From contig JBMFKU010000001.1 of assembly GCA_049971805.1 (NCBI GenBank), forward strand, positions 70,498-134,497: DNA of 64,000 bases, in the 5' to 3' direction. This DNA comes from Caldisphaera sp. (GTDB lineage: Archaea; Thermoproteota; Thermoprotei_A; Sulfolobales; Acidilobaceae). The notes under the pieces are model-generated. The model had not been told where the DNA came from. It saw only the letters and a program-made list of their open reading frames with translations, and did not search any database. A program made the translations under genes and the position numbers. Positions 31,259 through 41,264 of this stretch are shown here, in pieces (position 1 is the first letter of the stretch; the number at the start of each line of letters is the position of its first letter).

Positions 31259-32425
31259 ATGGTATCGCTAGTATTTCCTAGAAAAATATTTTATGGGGGG
31301 AGTTCATTAGAGGAACTTTTAAATATCTCCTCCATGTTTGATTTAAAGAACTTTTTGATTATAACAGATAAAACAATTGAGAAGATAAATGCATTTAAAA
31401 ATATTCATGAGGGATTAATAAAGAGTAATATAAAAACATATGTCTATTCCGATATTAGTCCTGAACCAAACATAGAAACTGTTGATAAAATAATTGATTT
31501 TATTAAGGGGAAAAATATTGATTTGATAGTAGCAATTGGAGGGGGTAGTGTAATTGATGTTTCTAAAATATTGAGGGTTAAATTAATAAGACCTGATATA
31601 AATAGTGAAGACATATCACCATTTATTTCTCTAAATATAGAAAATAAAAGACCGTTACTAATTGCGATACCAACAACTGCAGGAACAGGGAGCGATGCAA
31701 GCTTTGCATTTGTGTTAAAGATTAGAGAAAATGAAAATGAAATTAAATATGCATCAGGTAACTATGAACTTGTTCCATACGAAAGCATTTTGGATATTAA
31801 TTTCATAAAGACTCTTCCTAAAAGGCAGCTTATTATAACTGCAATTGACGGTCTTGCAAACGATATAGAGGGTATAGTTTCTATCAATTCCAATCCTTTA
31901 ACTGAAGGATTGGCAATTCAGTCCGCCAGAATGTTCTTTAAATATCTGCCAAAAGTTGTTGAAAATCAAACTGATGAAGAATCTCTTAACTATCTTCATC
32001 TTGCAGCAACACTCTCAGGAATAGCCTTTTCAAATTCTGGAGTTGGATTGGTTCATGCTATAGCTCATCCGCTCGGATCTCTGTTTAATATACCTCATGG
32101 CATGGTTGTTGCAGTAACTATGCCTTATGTAATGGATTTTAATTATAAAAATGAAAATGCAAGAAAAATGTATGATGAAATAAAAATTGCTTTAGAAAGA
32201 CTTGATGGTTTTGATGTCAAAAATAGTTTAACAGATCACCTAATAGATTTATATAATAAAATTGGGCAGCCTTTAAGGCTTAGAGATATTGGAATTAAAG
32301 AGGCTGTTTATAAGAATAAGATTGATGAAATAGCAAATTTAGCCTTAAGGGATTCTGATTTAGCTTTTAATCCAGTAACACCAACAATAGATGAAATAAA
32401 AGAAATATTAAATAAAATATATTAA
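31259..32425 (+). CDS. iron-containing alcohol dehydrogenase family
   Basis: GGGSVID, PTTAGTGSD, GLVHAIAH, PHG. Confidence 0.88.
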   Translation: MVSLVFPRKIFYGGSSLEELLNISSMFDLKNFLIITDKTIEKINAFKNIHEGLIKSNIKTYVYSDISPEPNIETVDKIIDFIKGKNIDLIVAIGGGSVIDVSKILRVKLIRPDINSEDISPFISLNIENKRPLLIAIPTTAGTGSDASFAFVLKIRENENEIKYASGNYELVPYESILDINFIKTLPKRQLIITAIDGLANDIEGIVSINSNPLTEGLAIQSARMFFKYLPKVVENQTDEESLNYLHLAATLSGIAFSNSGVGLVHAIAHPLGSLFNIPHGMVVAVTMPYVMDFNYKNENARKMYDEIKIALERLDGFDVKNSLTDHLIDLYNKIGQPLRLRDIGIKEAVYKNKIDEIANLALRDSDLAFNPVTPTIDEIKEILNKIY

Positions 32426-32431
32426 TAAAAA

Positions 32432-32863
32432 TTATTTTGACGCTTCTTGCGCAGATTTAACAAGCTCTACTGCAGCCGAAGGGAACCTCATTACTGTAGC
32501 CATTGATCCTTTTTCTAGTTTTAATTTCCCTTGTAAAATCGCGCTAACTGGGTTTAATTCATTATTTAATATTTTTATCCAATCATTAAAAGATGCAGAT
32601 AATATGAAGTCTGCGGTTGATTTGCTTACGTCTTCATAAAATTCTACTTCTCTGCACGTGCCTTCATATAGATCTGCTTTAATTCCTATGCTTCCACTTG
32701 GATATTTTGAAATTAAGTTTTCTGGTAGTTGAGATACTTTAAACATCAATGGCCATTTCCAACCCTTTGCTGTATTTTTATAATTTTGGTTTTCATTTAT
32801 TTTTTTACAAAAAATTTCTGCCCATTCTTTGCTAGGAAATTCTACATTTCCCACTTTTATCAC
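32432..32863 (-). CDS. SCP2 sterol/lipid-binding domain protein
   Basis: FPSKEWA, W..IL..ELNPVSAILQGKLKL.KG.M pattern. Confidence 0.8.
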   Translation of the reverse strand: MIKVGNVEFPSKEWAEIFCKKINENQNYKNTAKGWKWPLMFKVSQLPENLISKYPSGSIGIKADLYEGTCREVEFYEDVSKSTADFILSASFNDWIKILNNELNPVSAILQGKLKLEKGSMATVMRFPSAAVELVKSAQEASK

Positions 32864-32909
32864 CTATTTTATTATTAGTTTCTCTAGAATAAAAACCTAA
32901 CTTATTTTG

Positions 32910-32923
32910 CCTTAAAGATTAGG
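32910..32923. promoter_or_regulatory. palindromic operator candidate CCTTA-AAGA-TTAGG
   Basis: matches CCTWA-N4-TWAGG, also found at 34365 and 48661. Confidence 0.45.
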
Positions 32924-32960
32924 CTAACGTAAATTTAGGTTTTTTAATTTTTTAATAATC

Positions 32961-33728
32961 GTGATATTCATGCAAAAAGCACCAATGGCACATGGATTAA
33001 TATCTTCATTAATATTATCGTTGGTATTAGCTCTTGGATTATCATCTAAAATTTCCATAATATCATTAATAGTTATAATTAATGCAATTATTGATATTTA
33101 CTATTTTAATTATTTAAGGTTAAGAATAAATAAAATGAAAGTAAAGGATATTACTTTGGTTGCAATACTATTAATACCATATATTATTTTAGTTAAATTA
33201 ACATTATATTTGATTTTATCTGTATCTTTGTTAATTATTTATTTAAGGTCTTCGTTAAGGAGAAAATATGTCTTATCTAACATTTCAGGTAGTAGCTTCT
33301 TGTCGTCTATGTCATTAGTTTGGTTATCAATGATATCTTATGTGAGAATCTATCAATTTCTTATAATATTATCATGGATTATGTTTACCTTAACTTTAGC
33401 TTCTATAGTTGAATATAAGCTACCTTTTAGGAAAATTGAGAAAGTTAAAACTATTGGTTATACATTATCTCTAGTTGTAATAGCTATTGCATTGACTTAT
33501 TTAGTTTCTGGAAATTATTACTTGGTCACACTGTATTTATTTCCTTTGATCGCTTTATCTCTTTCTGGTAATAAAATTATTAATATTAAAGAAATAAAGA
33601 AAATTGGAAGAATAGGTATGTATTCATCTATATTGTTCGTTTTAATTAGTATATTGATGTATCATTTATTAATTTTATCAACACCTATTGCTCTCAATAT
33701 CTTCTTCGTCCATAAGGCCTTGTTCTAA
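32961..33728 (+). CDS. polytopic membrane protein, YwiC-like
   Basis: N-terminal P-x-x-HG motif (PMAHG), about 8 TM helices, next to the qNOR locus. Confidence 0.5.
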   Translation: MIFMQKAPMAHGLISSLILSLVLALGLSSKISIISLIVIINAIIDIYYFNYLRLRINKMKVKDITLVAILLIPYIILVKLTLYLILSVSLLIIYLRSSLRRKYVLSNISGSSFLSSMSLVWLSMISYVRIYQFLIILSWIMFTLTLASIVEYKLPFRKIEKVKTIGYTLSLVVIAIALTYLVSGNYYLVTLYLFPLIALSLSGNKIINIKEIKKIGRIGMYSSILFVLISILMYHLLILSTPIALNIFFVHKALF

Positions 33729-34310
33729 AAAGTAATTACTTAAGATTTTTTCTAATCCTCTTCTTAAAACGTCCTCAAGCGATGATGGTTTTACATTAAG
33801 CTTTTGGGCGACCTGAGTTAGCGTTGCTTTTCTATCCTTACAAAAATATCCCATTCTATATGCAGTTATAATTGCTTTAATTTGCTTTTCACTTAAATCA
33901 ATATTTTCGTATGTCACTTTACTTAATATCTCAACTTTTAATCCATTATCTTTGATCTTTTTTATGGCATCATTTAGTTGGTCATTCTTGGCTAATACTG
34001 TATAAACTATGCTGTTATTGTTACTAGGTTCTGCTGACAATATTAATAGATTTACTAGAGACATAACTTTACAAGCACTGCAACTTTTTGTAATAGCTAA
34101 TATAGTATTGTTATCGATTTGTGAAATGTTTCTGAGTCCCCTAATAGAATTTTTATTTATGGAATTTTCAAATTTTATTATATGAATGCTCTCCTCATAT
34201 CCGGGTCTAACTTTTAAATGTTTAAATTTAATTCCTCTTTCATAGATTTCATTAGTAACTTCGCAATCATCTCTATAAATCTTTATTTCTGCCTTTACAA
34301 GCTTAATCAA
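33678..34310 (-). CDS. HTH-10 (bacterio-opsin activator-type) transcription regulator
   Basis: LSEKQ..AI..AYRMGYF..DRKATLTQVAQKL.VKPSSL...LRRG; CSAC motif in the N-domain; divergent from qNOR. Confidence 0.85.
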   Translation of the reverse strand: MIKLVKAEIKIYRDDCEVTNEIYERGIKFKHLKVRPGYEESIHIIKFENSINKNSIRGLRNISQIDNNTILAITKSCSACKVMSLVNLLILSAEPSNNNSIVYTVLAKNDQLNDAIKKIKDNGLKVEILSKVTYENIDLSEKQIKAIITAYRMGYFCKDRKATLTQVAQKLNVKPSSLEDVLRRGLEKILSNYFLEQGLMDEEDIESNRC

Positions 34311-34364
34311 TTTAAACCCCTGCTAAAATTTTAAATGTTAAAATTTATCTTTTTATTTGATTTT

Positions 34365-34378
34365 CCTAAAAGGTTAGG
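34365..34378. promoter_or_regulatory. palindromic operator candidate CCTAA-AAGG-TTAGG upstream of the norB TATA box
   Basis: perfect inverted repeat (extends to T/A flanks) between the regulator and norB. Confidence 0.55.
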
Positions 34379-34412
34379 ATCTTACCTAAATATATTTAAC
34401 CTTAATTATTAA

Positions 34413-36609
34413 TTGGTGAACATAATGGAAAACGGAAGTACTAAAATTGTTTTAGTAGCAGTTATATTTGTGTTTGTATTTGCTTTTGCTTTATACGCGT
34501 ATACGTTTAGAAATTTCCCCCCGGTGCCGAATGAGGTAATATCTCAAAACTGTACTGTACTTTTTACTAAACAACAAATAATTATGGGAAAATACTACTT
34601 CCAAAAGTATGGACTTATGGATTATGGCAGCATAGAAGGCATGGGATCATATTTTGGTATAGATTTTACTGGTTATACGTTAAGGTTATTTCAAGATTAT
34701 ACAGCAAAGCATCTATATTTAGATCCAATATCACAAGGCAATATGCCTTCAAATTATAATTCAACCGAACTTAATGAGATTAAAAATTATTTAGATCCGA
34801 TATATTATAAAAATAATAATACAATAGTTGTAAGCAATGATTTTGCCAACGCTTATAACTATGCAATTAATTATTATTCTATTTATTTAGGATCAAATTC
34901 ATCTTAATATAGATTAAAACCCAATTTGATAACAAATAAGACTATAATAAAAGATTTGACCGCATATTTTACATGGTCAGCAATAATTTCAATTATGGGC
35001 TATACAAATGGTTTTCCATATACTATAGGATTAACTACGCCCTAGCAATAACGCTTATTTTTCTACATTTGCAATGATAGGTGCTATCTTTGCTGTTGGA
35101 ATACCTCTTATAATCTATATAATTAAGGAATTAATTTCACATTGGAATGATCCTATTGTAAAAATTGATTTACCTAAACCCAATAAAACGCAAAAGTTAG
35201 CATTATGGGTCATGCTTATAGCCACTTTAGGTTCTGGAGTACAGGGGCTATTAGGAGCATATGTTATGCATCTTTATTCTACAGGTATATTATATGGTTT
35301 AAATCTTCTATCTATTTTACCGTTTAATGTTGCAAGAGGTTTGCATATATGGCTTGCTATATATTGGATCTCATTAACATGGGTAATTTTTTCGCTATTC
35401 GTTTTGCCATACTTTGGATTAAATATATCTAGGAAAACAATGATAACAGTTATAATATTGGGTATATTAACTGCTTTAGGTTCTTTGTTTGGACTATGGG
35501 CAAGCTATCTGCAGCTAATACCATCTTCATGGTGGTTCATATTTGGAGCACAAGGTAGGGATGTAATAGAAGTAGGTTCTTTCTGGTTATTGTTAATAAC
35601 CGCTCTTTTAGGTTACGTCTCGTATCTATTTTATAAAGCGTCTAAACTAACAGTTGACCTTCTTAAGCCCTTCGCCAAAGTATTATCATATTTACTTGCT
35701 GGTGATGCAATAGGTATTTTTGTTGGGGCATTACCAATTGTAAAACCTTTCCCATATTTTACAGAAGATGAGTTCTTTAGATGGATATTTGTACATGCAA
35801 ATGTAGAAGGATTCTGGCCAGGCATTGTAATAGCTGTACTTGCATTACTATTAGTTTTGCAAGGATTAATTCCAGCTGGTTTAGCAAAAACTGTTGTAAC
35901 TATAGATGCTGTAACAGAAGTACTTACTGGCATGATCGGTACAGCTCATCATTATTATTGGACTGGATTCCCTGTTATATGGATGTACATAGGCGCTATA
36001 CTAAGTGTTTTAGAGGCTATACCATTAGGAATGGCTATGGGTTATGTAATTTTAGCAGCTAGAAGAAACAAGGGCAACAATCTAAATCAGTTCCAAAAGA
36101 CCTTGATAACATTTGTTTTAGCTACAGGAATTGGTGGAAGCGCTGGAGTAATAGTTTTTGGAGCTGGTTTGATTAATGCTCCTATAATTAATTATTTTAC
36201 CCATGATTTACAATTTACGATGGCTCATGCTCACTTGGCATTTCCATTAGCCTATGGATTACCAACTATATTAATGTGGGTAGTGGCTTATACATTATCA
36301 GGAGGATTTACGGAAAGAGATCTAAAATATTTAGGAATATCATCAATAATTTATACTGTTGGATTTTATCTTCAGGCTTTAATTTCTTTGTTACCATTAG
36401 GAATTTTGCAATGGATTTATGAGTTAAAGTATGGATTTTGGTATATAAAAACAGTTGCAACACCTAATGGTAAAACTGGGTTTTGGAATCTTCAAATAGT
36501 TCAGAACTTAATTTGGTTAAGAATGATTGGTGACTTAGTTGCTGCATCAGCAATAGCTGTAATAATATTATTGATGTTGATCAGATTTCCCAGATCTATC
36601 AAAGGTTAA
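34413..36609 (+). pseudogene. norB: quinol-dependent nitric oxide reductase (qNOR), disrupted
   Basis: N-part MDYGSIEGMGSYFGIDFT; in-frame TAA at 34905, after which the frame continues YRLKPN..AYFTW..GYTNGFPY; +1 frameshift near 35040; C-part retains ARGLH, VHANVEG, GTAHHYYW, HAHLA. Confidence 0.85.
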
Positions 36610-37038
36610 TTGTTAACTATTGTAACCACCTAAATTAAACATTCTATCTAAGAAGCCTATACTCTTATTGCCTTTCAAGATAATCATAATTGCAATTTAA
36701 ATAATTAAATATATAAACTTTTGTATTAGATTGTAATTATTTTTACTTGGCTAAATAAAAACTATCTTTATTTACTCATTCTCTTTTAAGTTTTATAATC
36801 ACATAAAAAGAAAAGCAAAAGCTTGTATTCTTTGCTATGCCAGTAAGTTAAACTTGCAAAAGCGATTTGCCTTAAAGAAGTGCATTATAGTAGTACCTCT
36901 TTGAGACTTTGCATAATAATATTTAAGGTCTTGTTCTTTACTCCATTTTCATTGTAAGTATATAGCAATAGAAATAAAGCTTTATATATAGGTTTTTTCT
37001 TTAAAAATTAGGAAATAGGCAAGCTGAGTTGACTTATA

Positions 37039-39456
37039 ATGTCTGAATCTGTAAAGGGCACCGAAAAAAGCCTTGATGATTATGTAAAAGAATTTGGAGC
37101 TGATATGGACCACGGCCTTTCATCTGAGGAAGTGAAAAGGAGACAGCAGAAGTATGGATTCAATGAAGTGACTGAAAAGAAAGAATCATCAATAAAAAGA
37201 TTTGCCAAAAAGTTCTGGGGACTTACTTCATGGATGCTAGAAGTAACTATGGTTCTCACACTAGTTCTTCATAAATTTTTAGATTTTTACCTAGTGACAG
37301 GACTTCTAATTTTAAACGTCTTATTAGGATATGTACAGGAAGAAAGGGCAAATCGTGCATTGGAGGCTCTTAAACAAAGGCTTCACATAAATGCTAGAAC
37401 TTTAAGGGATAGTAAATGGATTCTTGTGCCTGCTAGGGAATTAGTTCCTGGTGATATAATTAGATTAAGAGCAGGAGACGTTGTACCTGCTGACACAATA
37501 ATGTTTAAAGGCGAGCTTGAGGTTGATCAATCTGCCCTTACAGGCGAATCATTAACTGTCACAAGAGGGCCAAAGGAGGCAATTTACTCAGGCTCAGTGA
37601 TAAAAAGAGGTGAAGGAACAGGAATTGTAGTAGCAACGGGTTCAAAGACTTATTTTGGCAAGACAACAGAACTTGTAAATATTGCCAGACCAAAGCTTCA
37701 CATGGAAGAGGTTATAGGACAGGTAGTTAAATGGCTTTTAATTATGGTAGTTACATTTCTTGCTGGAGCTGCTATATATTCAACAATCTTCATGAAGACA
37801 AGTTATCTTAGCCTTCTTGAACTATCACTTGTTTTATTAGTATCAGCTATACCAGTTGCTTTACCAGCAATGTTCACAATAACTATGGCTTTAGGTTCGA
37901 TTGAGCTCTCTAAGAAGGGAGTCCTAGTAACACGTCTATCAGCTTCTGAGGATGCAGCTTCTATGGACACATTGTGTGCTGACAAAACCGGAACGATAAC
38001 TCTTAACATGATATCAGTAGCAGAGGTAGTTCCGGTTGACAGTTACAGCAAAGAACAAGTCATTACATTTGGAGCTTTAGCTTCGGAAGAAGCTAACAAA
38101 GATCCAATAGATATGGCCTTTATTCAAGAAGCGAAAGAAAGAAATATAGATCTCAAAAGTTATAAAGTTCTGAACTTCGTACCTTTTGACCCTAGCACAA
38201 GAAGGACTGAAGCAACAGTGCAATATAACGAGAAAAAAGTCCAGATAATGAAAGGGGCTGTAAACGTAATAATAAAACTTTGTAGCTTAGACGAGCAAAC
38301 TAAGAAAAAAGTAGAAGATGCTATGAAAGATATGGCAGAAAAAGGCTACAGAAGCCTTGGTATTGCAGTTAAGGAGGATGATACCATAAAGCTTATTGGT
38401 TTAGTAGGCCTCTATGATAAACCTAGACCAGATTCGCAACGTCTAATTAAAGAGTTAAAGAACTTAGGCGTAAGCGTTAAGATGCTAACCGGAGATGCAA
38501 AACCAATAGCTTTGCAGATAGCAAAACAGGTTGAGCTGGGAGAAAATGCCGCTGATATAGCCGAAGTTAAACAGATGAAAGATGAAGAAAAAGATGAAGT
38601 AATTGAAAAGAGCGATGTGTTTGCAGAAGTTTATCCTGAAGACAAATACATGATAGTTAAATCGTTACAAAAGAAAAAGCATATAGTAGGAATGACTGGA
38701 GATGGAGTAAATGACGCACCAGCACTAAAGCAAGCAGAGGTCGGAATAGCTGTTAGTAATGCTACGGATGTAGCAAAAGCAGCTGCAAGCGTTGTTCTTA
38801 CTCAACCTGGTCTCATAAATATAGTTGATCTAGTAAAGACCGGTAGAATGATTTATCAGAGAATAGTAACATGGATATTTAATAAGGTTGTTAAAACATT
38901 TCAGATAGTTGTTTTTACAGTCCTTGCATTGTTCCTATTGAATAGATTTATTGTAAATGCCTTTGACGTACTATTGTTGCTATTTTTAATAGACTTTGTG
39001 ACAATCTCGATATCAACAGACAATGTAAGATATTCAAAGACACCTGATAAATGGGACGTTGATTGGCTAGTTAAAGTATCTGTATTTATTGGATTAGCAG
39101 CTATATTGGAATCGCTGTTTTTTACTTATATAGGAGTGAGGTATTTTGGTCTCTTAAGTAATGTAAACCAGTTGCACACATTTGGCTTTGAAATACTAAT
39201 GCTCTCAGGAATGTTTACTATATTTGTAGTGAGAGAACGCGGACATTTCTGGGATTCAAGACCAAGCAATGTACTCTTTGCTTCAATAATAGCTGATATA
39301 GCTTTAGCAATTATCATATCAACCTTTGGCATCCCCGGAATAACACCAATTCCTATAATGGATTCTGTAGTACTTTTGGGACTTTCGATAATTTTCATTC
39401 TTGTTATAAATGATTTTGTAAAGATAGCAGTGTTAAAAAGGATAAAAAAGATATAA
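37039..39456 (+). CDS. plasma-membrane-type H+-transporting P-type ATPase (P3A)
   Basis: DQSALTGES, IPVALPA, CADKTGTIT, DPID, PFDP..RRTEA, KGA, MLTGD, TGDGVNDAPALK. Confidence 0.9.
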   Translation: MSESVKGTEKSLDDYVKEFGADMDHGLSSEEVKRRQQKYGFNEVTEKKESSIKRFAKKFWGLTSWMLEVTMVLTLVLHKFLDFYLVTGLLILNVLLGYVQEERANRALEALKQRLHINARTLRDSKWILVPARELVPGDIIRLRAGDVVPADTIMFKGELEVDQSALTGESLTVTRGPKEAIYSGSVIKRGEGTGIVVATGSKTYFGKTTELVNIARPKLHMEEVIGQVVKWLLIMVVTFLAGAAIYSTIFMKTSYLSLLELSLVLLVSAIPVALPAMFTITMALGSIELSKKGVLVTRLSASEDAASMDTLCADKTGTITLNMISVAEVVPVDSYSKEQVITFGALASEEANKDPIDMAFIQEAKERNIDLKSYKVLNFVPFDPSTRRTEATVQYNEKKVQIMKGAVNVIIKLCSLDEQTKKKVEDAMKDMAEKGYRSLGIAVKEDDTIKLIGLVGLYDKPRPDSQRLIKELKNLGVSVKMLTGDAKPIALQIAKQVELGENAADIAEVKQMKDEEKDEVIEKSDVFAEVYPEDKYMIVKSLQKKKHIVGMTGDGVNDAPALKQAEVGIAVSNATDVAKAAASVVLTQPGLINIVDLVKTGRMIYQRIVTWIFNKVVKTFQIVVFTVLALFLLNRFIVNAFDVLLLLFLIDFVTISISTDNVRYSKTPDKWDVDWLVKVSVFIGLAAILESLFFTYIGVRYFGLLSNVNQLHTFGFEILMLSGMFTIFVVRERGHFWDSRPSNVLFASIIADIALAIIISTFGIPGITPIPIMDSVVLLGLSIIFILVINDFVKIAVLKRIKKI

Positions 39457-39460
39457 AATA

Positions 39461-39736
39461 AACTGCAAACCTGCCTTTAAGGCTGGGTAATGCTTTTAAG
39501 GTTTGTTTTTTAAATAATTAGATATTAATAACCATCAAGGGTATTCTTCACGATATGAGGTAAGCCTCTACTCGTTAGCAAATTAAAGAAAAAGGAGGGT
39601 GAGATTTCTCTCTTAGGTCAAATAAGGATGAGGAGTTGGAGTAACTTTACTCCCACATAGGGAGAAATCAAAGTAGCTCCTATAGAAACCCTAAGACCTC
39701 AGGAACCCTTGCCCTTTAAGGCGGGACAGATGTCAG
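39461..39736 (+). mobile_element. non-autonomous IS200/IS605(IS607)-type element remnant, about 275 bp
   Basis: left subterminal palindrome CCTGCCTTTAAGGCTGGG; right end GGAACCCTTGCCCTTTAAGGCGGGACAGATGTCAG, resembling crenarchaeal tnpB-element right ends; no ORF; left boundary approximate. Confidence 0.65.
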
Positions 39737-39737
39737 T

Positions 39738-39818
39738 GGTGATTTAACAGCAGGATTTGCAATATCTATAGTTATTATATTAATGTTGTTTAGATTTCCA
39801 AAGGCAATTAAATCATAA
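39738..39818 (+). pseudogene. norB: 3' fragment of a second qNOR gene
   Basis: GDLTAGFAISIVIILMLFRFPKAIKS* aligns without gaps to the norB end GDLVAASAIAVIILLMLIRFPRSIKG* (15/26 identical, stop in register). Confidence 0.85.
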
Positions 39819-39888
39819 TTTTTTTAAAAATATTTTTCTAAGTTAAATTTAAATTATTAAAAATTTATACTGAAAATGGTGTACAATT

Positions 39889-40425
39889 ATGGATGGAGAA
39901 AAGATGTCTGGGATTATGATTTTTATAGGTGTAACCCAATTCTTATTATTTATGATTATTTCGGAGGCATTGTATCCTGGGTATAGTATATCTAGAAATT
40001 ATATTAGTGATTTAGGAGTTGGATCAACAGCATATATTTTCAATACATCCATAATATTTTTAGGAATATTTCTTATATTAGGAGGAGCTTTTTTAAATAG
40101 TAAATTATTATCTATATTTTTAATTTTATCAGGTATTGGAGCTATGGGTGTTGGTATCTTTCCTGAAACATCGCCATTTCATTTGCACGTAATAATGTCT
40201 TTAATAGTTTTCCTTTTTGCATCCCTTTCATCATATCCGGCGTATTTTTACAAGGGAAATAAAAACATAATTTGGCCTATAATGGGCACCTTTGGTTTAA
40301 TAGCTCTAATTTTATATGTATTTGGTTATTACGGCACGATAGATTATGGTGGGATGGAAAGGTTAATAGTTTATCCAAACCTCATTTGGGCTCTTTCTTT
40401 TTCTGGTATGTTGATGAAGAAATGA
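39889..40425 (+). CDS. DUF998 family membrane protein
   Basis: YPGYSISRNYISDLG, GVGIFPE..H, GGMERLIVYP. Confidence 0.85.
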   Translation: MDGEKMSGIMIFIGVTQFLLFMIISEALYPGYSISRNYISDLGVGSTAYIFNTSIIFLGIFLILGGAFLNSKLLSIFLILSGIGAMGVGIFPETSPFHLHVIMSLIVFLFASLSSYPAYFYKGNKNIIWPIMGTFGLIALILYVFGYYGTIDYGGMERLIVYPNLIWALSFSGMLMKK

Positions 40426-40484
40426 TTAATTTTAATGGAGATTTTTAACCTTTCTTTTTTGTTGAATAAATGAGATGAAAAGTA

Positions 40485-40973
40485 TTGATAAAAGACAAAA
40501 AATTAATTGAGATAGGTATAATTTTATTAGCAGTTGCCGTAGTTTTATTGTTTATTGTTTCACCATATGCGTTAGAATCATCATTCTCAGTATCAATAAA
40601 GCAGGCGCAGAGCGAAATTAATAAAACAGTTATGGTTTTATCGCCAAATGAATCAGAATCTATTGCAATTGAGAGCAACAAGATTTTTCTTTATAACTCA
40701 ACAAATCCTTTAAAAGTTTACTTTAATGGAGAAAATATAACGCAAGCATCTAGCAACAATTTATATTTATTGGCTACTACTTCAAATGGAACACTTACTG
40801 TAATAAATAATTATACAAATCCAATTAAATTTGGCTATGCAATAGTTGGAATATCATTGTTATCGTCATATTTGTCAATACTGCTAAGCTTTATTATTGG
40901 CATCGTAGGTGTAATGGTAATAGTTTATGGTACTATAATAATGTTAAGGAGTAGGAGAGCAAAAACTTTATAG
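40485..40973 (+). CDS. hypothetical membrane protein
   Basis: N- and C-terminal TM helices flanking an N/S/T-rich ectodomain. Confidence 0.65.
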   Translation: MIKDKKLIEIGIILLAVAVVLLFIVSPYALESSFSVSIKQAQSEINKTVMVLSPNESESIAIESNKIFLYNSTNPLKVYFNGENITQASSNNLYLLATTSNGTLTVINNYTNPIKFGYAIVGISLLSSYLSILLSFIIGIVGVMVIVYGTIIMLRSRRAKTL

Positions 40974-41264
40974 ATTAATAATTATTGTTCTATTAATGAA
41001 AATTAAGTTCTCAAATAGCTTAAGGATTAAATTAAAGGCTTTGCTAAAAAAGATGATAAAATAAAGACAAACATTTCAGGGCAAGAAAGGATAAAAGCTA
41101 ATTAAGATTAATATGAAGTAATTGAAAGCATTTTAATAAAATTTTAATAAAATAATAAATACGAATTTGGATTTTATATTAACTTAAAATATAAAAATTT
41201 TGATGGTTTTAAACAGAGTAAAGCTTATATATCTATTAAAGATATATATGTAGGGGCGATAAAT

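Noticed and set aside
34905-35045. Stop-codon recoding (Sec/Pyl) in qNOR
   Set aside because: The first stop is TAA, not TGA/TAG, and a separate frameshift is also needed
41070-41095. TTCAGGGCAAGAAAGG as another IS605 end relic
   Set aside because: Too short and degenerate to support
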